This document shows, in pieces, positions 8,383-16,465 of a stretch of 64,000 nt of DNA (its first letter is position 1; every line of letters starts with the position of its first letter). The stretch is from the IMG/VR virus record IMGVR_UViG_3300009687_000008, positions 9,144-73,143 of that record; one strand, given 5' to 3'. Made by a program: the position numbers and the translations under genes. Origin of the DNA: a virus (lineage: Duplodnaviria; Caudoviricetes). The notes under the pieces are model-generated. The model made no database searches and had not been told where the DNA came from. It was given only the letters and a program-made list of their open reading frames with translations.

Positions 8383-9045
8383 TTAATCACAAAGAACCCA
8401 ACCGTTATGTAAATAATGACTTAACATAGATTCATCAATTTCTCTTTCTTGTGTTAAATAAGTACAACTATATTTGTGGATATCACCACACATAACCAAA
8501 TCACAACCTTCGAATATGGATATGTCTTTACCATCTTCAAACTCAAATCCAACAGCCGTTTTAAGACCAATTAAAGGATCGTGATACAAACCAATATAAG
8601 ATACTTCTTCACCGTATAATTCTCTTGCCTCTTCTATATTAGGTCTCTCAGAACCTTCCATATGTCCGTATACACACCAAACCACATTTTCATCTTTATA
8701 TGTTCCTGTGTGTTTTAAAAACATTATATTAGGATTATCCATAGTAGAAATGATGGGTGTTAAAGCATCCATTCTATCCAAATTGTTAGCCAAGAAATCG
8801 TGATTACCCAACGTAATAATAGTCTTTGCTATCTTAGAACATTTATTTAAAAAAGTGGTAACCATATAGATAAGTTCGGGTGTCATTTGATTCTTAGAAT
8901 GAACCAAATCACCTACAATAACAATTCTATCAGGTTTCAATTCCTCACATTCTTTGTAAAACTTCTCAAACTGTTCTGTATATTCTTCATGTCTTTTAAA
9001 AAGACGTAAGTGGATGTCTGCTGTATGTACTACTTTATTAATCAT
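8383..9045 (-). CDS. sbcD: SbcD/Mre11/gp47-like metallophosphoesterase, N-terminal part
   Basis: HTADIH, VGDLVH, GNHD, GLYHDP and CGDIH motifs. The ORF ends about 25 aa after GDIH. Confidence 0.88.
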   Translation of the reverse strand: MINKVVHTADIHLRLFKRHEEYTEQFEKFYKECEELKPDRIVIVGDLVHSKNQMTPELIYMVTTFLNKCSKIAKTIITLGNHDFLANNLDRMDALTPIISTMDNPNIMFLKHTGTYKDENVVWCVYGHMEGSERPNIEEARELYGEEVSYIGLYHDPLIGLKTAVGFEFEDGKDISIFEGCDLVMCGDIHKYSCTYLTQEREIDESMLSHYLHNGWVLCD

Positions 9046-9350
9046 ATAAAACTAAGTTTAGTTATTTTTTCTATCGGTCTAAAGTCTTTGGATTTGAAAA
9101 CATCGGGGAATTGTCTTCTGATTTCCATTCTAACTAATTCTCTAAGTGTTTCAACGTGATGGTCATAAGTTAACCCATAAGCTTGTAAATCATCAGTTAA
9201 CTCTGGTGTTAATTTTATGTTTGTTTTTCTAACACCGTATCTGTCTTGGAACATAACAAATTTCATTGGTACAAAAGTAAAAGCATCATACACAGTTGGT
9301 GATGTGGAAAACCCATATTGAGCGAACTCATTTAAAAACCATTCTTCCAT
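9042..9350 (-). CDS. Small protein with a T4 gp23-like capsid peptide
   Basis: RKTNIKLTPELTDDLQAYG...ETLRELVRMEI resembles the gp23-family RxLKAxW(T/S)xELAQDLxAxH...ELxxILxxEI segment. Confidence 0.55.
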   Translation of the reverse strand: MEEWFLNEFAQYGFSTSPTVYDAFTFVPMKFVMFQDRYGVRKTNIKLTPELTDDLQAYGLTYDHHVETLRELVRMEIRRQFPDVFKSKDFRPIEKITKLSFI

Positions 9351-9351
9351 A

Positions 9352-9825
9352 TTATAATCTATGTTTTTTCATAAATTTTAGTGGTTCAATAGGTCCGTTA
9401 ACTGAATCAACATGGTTATCGTTCCTAAATCTAGGTCCAACCATTTCACTATATACACTAAGTAATTCAGCTTCGACATCTATACTAGCGTAAACATTAA
9501 GGTCAGACCTTAATGCCATAGCATTATCACCGTTCCACCAAGTTTTAAATTCATCTAAAACTCTTAAGGGATTAACACCACCGTGAAAAATGTAACTATC
9601 GTCTTGCCAATTATTTTCACTCTCAACACATATCCTACGTAATAGTGGGAATATTAGTACTTCTATTTGACCATAATCACGTTGATAATTTGGTTGGTCC
9701 TGAATAGTAAGTAGATGTCTAGCTAAAATCTCAAATTTTAAAGCCATACGTGTTTTATGAAAATCACTTAGTTTAACTAAAAGACCAGTTACCTCCCAAT
9801 TACCCACTAATAAATTTAAATCCAT
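9352..9825 (-). CDS. Small protein with a T4 gp23-like capsid peptide
   Basis: LRSDLNVYASIDVEAELLSVYSEMV matches the gp23-family LAQDLxA(Y/V)HxxDAEAELxxILSE motif. Confidence 0.65.
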   Translation of the reverse strand: MDLNLLVGNWEVTGLLVKLSDFHKTRMALKFEILARHLLTIQDQPNYQRDYGQIEVLIFPLLRRICVESENNWQDDSYIFHGGVNPLRVLDEFKTWWNGDNAMALRSDLNVYASIDVEAELLSVYSEMVGPRFRNDNHVDSVNGPIEPLKFMKKHRL

Positions 9826-10772
9826 TATACTTTTTGTTTAATATTATCTAACCTCTTATAAGCCCATCTTTCCTTCCAATGGTTGACCAAAGTGTCAACA
9901 CTTAAATCATATGGTTTAAGTTCTTTATCGATACCTTTTAAGAATTCGGATGTATTCTCACCTCTATCACACCAATAAATCCCTCTACGATTACCGTGGG
10001 TTGTTAAGGTTCTAGCATCAATTCCTAAATAATCACTTGCTTTTCTAATGATATTAATTCTTGAATTTTTACCACTAGTAAACTGACCACCAGGTATTTC
10101 ACCCTCTTCCTCTTCCACCACCAACCTCATCTGTTGATAAAGCCCTTCATCAATTTGAACAGTTCCCTGTCCTTGGGTTAATCCAAGATATTTGAAATGT
10201 TTCAGTCGGTTATACTGTACTCCTCTACCATATAAAGAAGTTACTGTTAAACCAGCCAATTCATCATTATATTTTTCTTTCCAATGGTTAGCAACAACAT
10301 CAGAAGCAGCTAATAGTGTTAATAATTTACCCCCACACATATTATAACCAAAATGTCTTGTTGGTACACAAACCGAAATGTTTGCGATATTACGATTCCT
10401 CAAAACTCTATCATTTTTATCCCAACCAATATGTCTATCTCTAGGTCCTAGAGCTAAAAAATCGGCAGCTATATCCAAAATACCTAAATTCTTTTCATCG
10501 TAAGCATTCTTAACTAAGAAATAATTGTTACGACCTGGACTTCGTCTAAACGGAAAAGAAGATACATGTTCTTCAATACTTTTCCATTCTCTCCATAATT
10601 TACTTGTAGAATCAACAGGTATTAAAATCGGTTGGATATTGTTTGGGTCTTCAACCACACTCTCACCAATCCATATAGGATCATACTTTTTAACCTGTCT
10701 ATCTTTTTGTTCTTCTTGACTTAAAAACTTAAAGTTTAACAAGTCGTGTTTAAGTTGTTCTCTATTTACCAT
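9825..10772 (-). CDS. DruA/DUF4338-family protein (copy 1)
   Basis: PGRNNYFLV...LGPRDRHIGW...VPTRHFGYNMCGGKLLTLLA...TVTSLYG...QYNRL...YLGLTQG. Confidence 0.72.
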   Translation of the reverse strand: MVNREQLKHDLLNFKFLSQEEQKDRQVKKYDPIWIGESVVEDPNNIQPILIPVDSTSKLWREWKSIEEHVSSFPFRRSPGRNNYFLVKNAYDEKNLGILDIAADFLALGPRDRHIGWDKNDRVLRNRNIANISVCVPTRHFGYNMCGGKLLTLLAASDVVANHWKEKYNDELAGLTVTSLYGRGVQYNRLKHFKYLGLTQGQGTVQIDEGLYQQMRLVVEEEEGEIPGGQFTSGKNSRINIIRKASDYLGIDARTLTTHGNRRGIYWCDRGENTSEFLKGIDKELKPYDLSVDTLVNHWKERWAYKRLDNIKQKV

Positions 10773-11418
10773 TTAAAAAATTATGTGGTTTTAAAAATTT
10801 AGTTAACCAATTTTCTTTCAATCCTCTTATTGGAAATCCGTGACCCGTCATAAAGTCTACCCAACTATCCAAAACTTCTCGTCTAATATAGGCATCAAAA
10901 CCGTATTGCTCTTGAATTCGACTCTCTGTCCAAGGATTATGAAAGTGAATTGTATGGTTATTATCTCGACACCATTCAATTAACCTTAGAGTTACATCCG
11001 TATTACCGTTTGGTGTTGTACAATAATAAGCGTTTAGAGGTAACCCATAGTAAGATGGATATCTGTAAGTTGTTGAATCAAAGAAGTCAGAAGGAAAATA
11101 ACCAAACTCATCTAAAAACCAAAAATCGGGGTCCATTTGACCTCTATTTAATTTAAGTGAATGACGTAAACTAATTCTAGACATGTAGACGTTATCTACC
11201 ATTCTATAAATTAGTTCGTCAGGCCACTCTAAACCGTATTCTAAAGAACAATTTAAGGCAAGTTTTTCCCTAATCATTCTTTGAATATTTTTTGTACAAC
11301 CAGTGTGAAGTCCAACAACAGCTATCTTGTGCTCGGTATTGTTACGTAAATAATCTACCGCGGCATTGACAAGTCTTGTTGTTTTACCTGATTGTCGTGG
11401 AGAAATTTCTACATACAT
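10762..11418 (-). CDS. Terminase-large-subunit-like ATPase domain only (no nuclease domain)
   Basis: Walker A SPRQSGKTT, Walker B FLDEF, motif III TTPNG (compare T4 gp17 RQxGKT/DE/STPNG). Only 218 aa. Confidence 0.65.
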   Translation of the reverse strand: MYVEISPRQSGKTTRLVNAAVDYLRNNTEHKIAVVGLHTGCTKNIQRMIREKLALNCSLEYGLEWPDELIYRMVDNVYMSRISLRHSLKLNRGQMDPDFWFLDEFGYFPSDFFDSTTYRYPSYYGLPLNAYYCTTPNGNTDVTLRLIEWCRDNNHTIHFHNPWTESRIQEQYGFDAYIRREVLDSWVDFMTGHGFPIRGLKENWLTKFLKPHNFLNGK

Positions 11419-11422
11419 GAAA

Positions 11423-11824
11423 TTACTTTGTTACTGCATCACTTATTATCTTCGCCTCTTCGGTAACGTGTTCCCCCATTTTTCTTAAGTTAGAATTAGC
11501 CTTGTCCCAAGCTTGATAAAGGTCCATTGGGAAATCTTTTGATTCTTTAATCATATCCTCAAGAGCCTTTTCTCTTAATTCTTGAATTTCTTTCAATGCA
11601 TCAGCAAGACTTTTATTCTTTTTAAACAACTCATTTTTGTAAGCTCTAAGTTTATCATTCTCTTCAATCCTGTTCATTAATTTCAAAGAGTGAGTTAAGA
11701 AATCTTGATTAGCTTTTTCAACATTTTTTACCACTTGTTTTTGTGTTTCTACAACCACTTCGGTTGTTTGGTCCATTAAGTCTGCTACAGCTCTTAATAG
11801 ATTTGATACTTTTTTGTTATCCAT
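11423..11824 (-). CDS. Hypothetical coiled-coil protein
   Basis: 133 aa, helical and rich in charged residues. Confidence 0.6.
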   Translation of the reverse strand: MDNKKVSNLLRAVADLMDQTTEVVVETQKQVVKNVEKANQDFLTHSLKLMNRIEENDKLRAYKNELFKKNKSLADALKEIQELREKALEDMIKESKDFPMDLYQAWDKANSNLRKMGEHVTEEAKIISDAVTK

Positions 11825-12110
11825 TTTTTATGAATTTATGTTTTGTTATTCTTTTTTTAATATTAAACTCAGGGTATAAAATTTCCTGAATTTCAGGCCT
11901 TTGTACCCATCTTGGCCAAAAATCTTCATCTGTTAGTGTGACATCATACCTCAAATTAATAGTCCCACAAGTTTCACATATATGGTTTTTACAATCATGT
12001 TTAAACATCTTTATTCTGAAAATTTTGTAGTAAATAAATTCTACAACCTTTCCGAGGTATCCAACGTTTTCACCACATTTTTGACAACAATATGAAGGAT
12101 GCTTTCTCAT
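11817..12110 (-). CDS. Hypothetical Cys-rich (Zn-ribbon-like) protein
   Basis: CCQKCG and HDC...CETCG motifs. Confidence 0.55.
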   Translation of the reverse strand: MRKHPSYCCQKCGENVGYLGKVVEFIYYKIFRIKMFKHDCKNHICETCGTINLRYDVTLTDEDFWPRWVQRPEIQEILYPEFNIKKRITKHKFIKNG

Positions 12111-13258
12111 TATCTTACCATATCAACATTACCAGACTCAATTCTCTCTAACGTGTAGATTTCTAAGTCGTTTCTTAATCTACCTTCATTCTTTAATGTC
12201 TCATAACGATTTTGAGCCTTATTCTTCCACCAATCAATCATATGAGTTAAATGGTATCTATCCCAATTATCTCTCTTAACTAAAGGAACTTTACCATCAC
12301 TAGCAATATATTGTGGTACGTTATCATAACCGTAGTTACAATAATAGTATCTCTTTTTAGTTTTAGCCTTCATATGGGTCTTAGTGAATTCACTAAATTC
12401 TTTAAACTTCAAAGGGTTTTGTACCTTTAAATGGTTTTTAAGGATAGAAACCATTTTATTGAATTCTCTCATTTTAGGACCAGAAGGACCTGGGTCTACC
12501 ATAGAACCACCCCATTCAGGTTTACCGTAATGCGGTCTCAAGGCATCTCTAACAGCCATAAAAACATCATCATTAGGGAATAAGAATAAATCAGATTCAG
12601 TCATACTACCATATCTCATAAACGGTTTAAGACCGTCATATTGACTCACACCTTTAATATCACCATAAAGTGAGGTTGTCTCCATAAAGACAGTATCAAT
12701 ACGGTCACCGTATTTATCTTTTAACATTTGACGTGCCTCATGTGAACAACATATTAAAGCTAATAATTTACCACCCAAGTAGTTATACCCAAACGGTTGA
12801 ACGGGAACGATAATCGCTCCATTAATCATGTATTTATTAACTTCGTTTGCTGTAATTTTTAAACCTTGGAATAGGTCGTTACGGGGTTTAATTGATAAAA
12901 CGGGTGAAGCTAGACGAATAAAACCAACATATTTGTTAGTTGTTGTTTCTTTAACCCCAATCATAATTTGTCTACCAATTTGGGATTCTAGGGGTAGGGA
13001 TGTAATAATTTGTGTTGCTGGATTGAATAATTTACCCTCAATAATTTCAATCTCAAACTTCATATCCTTTGGTTCAACACCATAGTCATCGAACATTAGT
13101 TTAGTGTATTTATCGTGGTCAACACCCACTACTTTCTCTTTCTTTCTTTCAAGGAAATAATCCTGAATTGTGTCTAATCCTTCATAAAAACCCATCAACC
13201 TATTTGTTAAATCAAGGGTTTCTTCGGGTGTTAATTTTGTATCGAAAACTTCTGCCAT
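12110..13258 (-). CDS. DruA/DUF4338-family protein (copy 2)
   Basis: IGRQIMIGV...GFIRLASP...IVPVQPFGYNYLGGKLLAL...ETTSLYG...SQYDGL. The likely start is the ATG at 13258 (MAEVFD); the track start at 13303 is upstream. Confidence 0.75.
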   Translation of the reverse strand: MAEVFDTKLTPEETLDLTNRLMGFYEGLDTIQDYFLERKKEKVVGVDHDKYTKLMFDDYGVEPKDMKFEIEIIEGKLFNPATQIITSLPLESQIGRQIMIGVKETTTNKYVGFIRLASPVLSIKPRNDLFQGLKITANEVNKYMINGAIIVPVQPFGYNYLGGKLLALICCSHEARQMLKDKYGDRIDTVFMETTSLYGDIKGVSQYDGLKPFMRYGSMTESDLFLFPNDDVFMAVRDALRPHYGKPEWGGSMVDPGPSGPKMREFNKMVSILKNHLKVQNPLKFKEFSEFTKTHMKAKTKKRYYYCNYGYDNVPQYIASDGKVPLVKRDNWDRYHLTHMIDWWKNKAQNRYETLKNEGRLRNDLEIYTLERIESGNVDMVR

Positions 13259-13282
13259 TTTTGCCAATTTAAATATTATTAT

Positions 13283-13290
13283 TATCTTTG
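13283..13290 (+). promoter_or_regulatory. Bacteroidota sigma-A -7 element TATCTTTG
   Basis: Located 30 nt upstream of the plus-strand ATG at 13321. Confidence 0.45.
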
Positions 13291-13320
13291 TAATGTTAAT
13301 CAAAAAAGGTCAATCAGTAA

Positions 13321-13878
13321 ATGGGACAATCAAGAAATAAAACAGGTGTGGACTTCGAAAAGATGATTTGTGAAACCAAGGGTTGGTCCCACACTCCGGC
13401 ATCACCTAAAATTATATGGACGGGTGTTGGTCGTACCAATTTCGATAAGATTGCCTCTGTTGGATTTGATGCTAGTAAATTTTTACCCACTTCTGAATCT
13501 ACTTTTGAAAAGTTTGACGCTATTACCCCTAACGGTGAGAAGGTTGAACTTAAGAAATATAAAACCTCTAAAGCTAAAAAATGGACTGCTTATTCAGAGC
13601 CCATTTTTAAAGTAGCTTCAAAAAATATGGTTGAACATGTTACCTTACTTTTCGGTAAAGGTAATTTATCTTTAGCTCAAACAAATTACAATAAATTTGT
13701 TTCAGATATGTTCAACTACGTTGGTCAGGATATCTTAGACAATATCACCCGTTCTAATATTGGTATTCAATTAGAAGATGGTTTCGTACCACAATCTAAC
13801 TTGGAATACCGTTGGAGAATTAAAAAGGGTTGGAAGGGTTTTAACCGTCTTTCTATTGAATTCCGTATCAAAGATTAA
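13321..13878 (+). CDS. Putative PD-(D/E)xK restriction-endonuclease-like protein
   Basis: N-terminal GVDFE helix and KFDAITPNGEKVELKK catalytic-like motif. Runs counter to the operon. Confidence 0.5.
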   Translation: MGQSRNKTGVDFEKMICETKGWSHTPASPKIIWTGVGRTNFDKIASVGFDASKFLPTSESTFEKFDAITPNGEKVELKKYKTSKAKKWTAYSEPIFKVASKNMVEHVTLLFGKGNLSLAQTNYNKFVSDMFNYVGQDILDNITRSNIGIQLEDGFVPQSNLEYRWRIKKGWKGFNRLSIEFRIKD

Positions 13879-14186
13879 TTAATTAATGAATTAATTCTCT
13901 GTGTGTAAGCCTGTGCTTGTTGTAATCCAACCATTTTATCTACAACAACACCGTTTTTATAAAATACTACTGTAGGTACACCTCTAATACCATCTTTAAT
14001 AGCTAAATCTGAGTGGACATCAATATTAACTTCACCAGCATTAATGTTTGGGAAATCGTTTAATACACCATCAAGAATTGGTGATAATACTTTACAGGGT
14101 CCACACCAATCTGCTGCGTATTTTACAAGTGTTAATTTGTCTTCTTTTATCTTTTCTTGATAAGTTGTTGAATCGAATTGTTGCAT
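13875..14186 (-). CDS. trxA: Thioredoxin
   Basis: WCGPC active site and IRGVPT cis-Pro loop. Confidence 0.95.
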   Translation of the reverse strand: MQQFDSTTYQEKIKEDKLTLVKYAADWCGPCKVLSPILDGVLNDFPNINAGEVNIDVHSDLAIKDGIRGVPTVVFYKNGVVVDKMVGLQQAQAYTQRINSLIN

Positions 14187-14196
14187 AATTTTACTT

Positions 14197-14943
14197 TTAT
14201 TTATTATTATTTTTAGACCAGTAATCTAATATGGCTTTAGCTTCTAACCCCATATATGGAAGAGGGATTAGTTGAAAACCTTTTTCTTTATCATAATAGA
14301 AGATACCTAATCTTCCTACTTTCTTTTTCGTTTCCATTTGGAACATGTAAGCGTATATCGATAACTGTAAAGCATAAATATTATACTGACAGTCAGAAAG
14401 ATGAGAAACTGGAGCATTTAACCAATGATTATATTCTGATATAAATCTAAACTTTTTGTTAGTTTTCCAATCCCAAACATTAAAATAGTCACCACAATCT
14501 TCAATTATATCGGCAGTACCAGCTAATTTATGTTTTTCAGAAAAGAGTATGGTTTCAGGATATATAGTTCCCACGGTCATGGGATCAATCTCTTGGAACT
14601 TGGATATTAATTCTCTCTCGTAATCGTCTTTAGGGAAATAAATTTTATTAGCTAAAAGATATCTTTCCATTATTTCATGGATTTCAGTACCATATTCGTT
14701 AGCCTCATCGTTAATACGTTTCCATTCAGCTAATATCTCAGCTTGAGACATGTTCTGATATTGTTCCTTCTTTTTGGAAGGGTCTTGCATAGAAATAGCT
14801 AGGGCAATCTCTTCTGAGTTAAACTCAGGTTCCAACATACCCAATACGGTGGTTACCGATTTAAATTTTTCCTTTGTGAACTTATGGATATAAACGTGTT
14901 CAATAGGTTCTAGGAAAACTACACTATCTCTCTTTTTTGCCAT
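14197..14943 (-). CDS. PD-(D/E)xK exonuclease (lambda-exo/Cas4-like superfamily)
   Basis: YGTEIH, ETILF, LAGTADII, WDWKT and YALQLSIY motifs. Confidence 0.8.
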   Translation of the reverse strand: MAKKRDSVVFLEPIEHVYIHKFTKEKFKSVTTVLGMLEPEFNSEEIALAISMQDPSKKKEQYQNMSQAEILAEWKRINDEANEYGTEIHEIMERYLLANKIYFPKDDYERELISKFQEIDPMTVGTIYPETILFSEKHKLAGTADIIEDCGDYFNVWDWKTNKKFRFISEYNHWLNAPVSHLSDCQYNIYALQLSIYAYMFQMETKKKVGRLGIFYYDKEKGFQLIPLPYMGLEAKAILDYWSKNNNK

Positions 14944-15224
14944 TATCTACTAATTGATTTTAATATACGGGACATTCTTTCCACATGTCTTCTTCTTTCT
15001 TCCTCTTCTAATAATTCTTTTTGTTTCCTAAGTTCTTCTTCTTCATTGAATTTGAATACTTTGAAATCGGTGAAAGATGCACGTGCGGACAACAACTTCT
15101 TCATTTCATTTATTTCTCGTGTCAAAGTATTAACAACATCTTTTAATTCATTAATTTCTTCTTCCATCCTATCTTTTTCGTGATAATAAGGTGGATTTGT
15201 GTAGTGATAACTAGCCATTCCCAT
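14943..15224 (-). CDS. Hypothetical coiled-coil protein
   Basis: 93 aa ORF in operon. Confidence 0.5.
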   Translation of the reverse strand: MGMASYHYTNPPYYHEKDRMEEEINELKDVVNTLTREINEMKKLLSARASFTDFKVFKFNEEEELRKQKELLEEEERRRHVERMSRILKSISR

Positions 15225-15426
15225 ATAAATTTGTTTCTTTTATTAACCTATCTAATATTTTAGGTTCTTCTGTTTCTTTAATAATATCACAAACTTTAGA
15301 TGAAAAATCATCTTCAGTTATAAGAGCATCGGGTTTTTTAATTAACTTAATTAAAGATTCTAAACCATCTTCTCTAACTACATCTCTTATTATTTTTTCA
15401 TTAATATATCTTTTATTGAATCCCAT
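15211..15426 (-). CDS. Hypothetical protein
   Basis: 71 aa ORF coupled to the primase stop. Confidence 0.55.
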   Translation of the reverse strand: MGFNKRYINEKIIRDVVREDGLESLIKLIKKPDALITEDDFSSKVCDIIKETEEPKILDRLIKETNLYGNG

Positions 15427-16400
15427 TATATCGAACTTTCTTTTAATTTAAAACTAGATTTTAATACATCTACAACACCTTCACGTCCGAAATCCTCGTT
15501 AACTTTTGAAATGTCATATCCGTCTTTCATCTTTATTATTTTTACTTTACCGTATAATCTACCAACATTTAATTGTGTATAAATTTGTTTAGCCCTAGTC
15601 CACGCATCATCATCTAATAACACAACAACCCAACTATTGGCGTTCTTCATAATTAAATCATATAACTTTGGATGTAAATCCTTACCTAACATTGGGATTG
15701 AATTGTAAACAACAATGTGGTCAAAAGGACCTTCAACTATATAAACAGTTGAGTCCCAATTAACAAGTTGCTCGTTGAAAATAACTTGTTCTCTAGGTAA
15801 GTCAGGATTTTTATATTTTGGTTTCTTTCGTGATAACCACGTTCTACCTGTGAAGTAATTTAACTTACCCTCTTTATCATATGAAGGTACTATAATTCTA
15901 TACCCATACTCACCAGAAGTGGTAAATCCCATTTTAAACTTATGGATAATATCGGGTGTTAAATTTCTCTCTTTGGTTAAGTAATTCCAAGCTTCTTTAT
16001 ATTGAATACTGTTGGGGTTGGAATCTTTAAAGGATTGATACTCTTCAGGTAATTGTATCTCCCTAACTTCTTGAATTACTTTCTTCCCTGTTTTAATTTC
16101 TTCTAAAACAATACCTAATTGTTTCAGTTTTTTACGATGTTCTTTTCTACCAAACTTTGTGATTAATTTACCAATAGAACCGTGGGTTTGGTGAGTACCA
16201 CCACAAGCCCAACAATGATAAACACCTTTATTTAGGTTAACCTCAAAGTTACCTTTACCGTCACCCTCTGGTGTGTCATTTTCAACCGAACAAACAGGAC
16301 AATCAAACGCAAATTGAGATTTTGTACGGTTCTCCTTTCTTGGATTCCCTAAAATTTCAATTATAATATCTAAGAGTAAATTAGATTCAATTTGTCCCAT
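15426..16400 (-). CDS. dnaG: DNA primase (Zn-binding plus TOPRIM), T4 gp61/DnaG-like
   Basis: FDCPVC...YHCWAC Zn site, RIIVP...GR, KYKNP, IVEGPFD, LLDDDA. Confidence 0.88.
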   Translation of the reverse strand: MGQIESNLLLDIIIEILGNPRKENRTKSQFAFDCPVCSVENDTPEGDGKGNFEVNLNKGVYHCWACGGTHQTHGSIGKLITKFGRKEHRKKLKQLGIVLEEIKTGKKVIQEVREIQLPEEYQSFKDSNPNSIQYKEAWNYLTKERNLTPDIIHKFKMGFTTSGEYGYRIIVPSYDKEGKLNYFTGRTWLSRKKPKYKNPDLPREQVIFNEQLVNWDSTVYIVEGPFDHIVVYNSIPMLGKDLHPKLYDLIMKNANSWVVVLLDDDAWTRAKQIYTQLNVGRLYGKVKIIKMKDGYDISKVNEDFGREGVVDVLKSSFKLKESSI

Positions 16401-16465
16401 ATAGAAAATATAAGAAAAAGATATTGGTTAGTAAATTACTTGGTTATTCAATATATTTATTGTAT

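Noticed and set aside
9825-13258. Complete Druantia defence system
   Set aside because: Only DruA-like genes are present. There is no DruE helicase or DruB-D in the window.
14197-14943. Cas4 / CRISPR adaptation gene
   Set aside because: It has a generic PD-(D/E)xK exonuclease signature without the four-Cys Fe-S cluster pattern, and there are no cas genes or arrays nearby.
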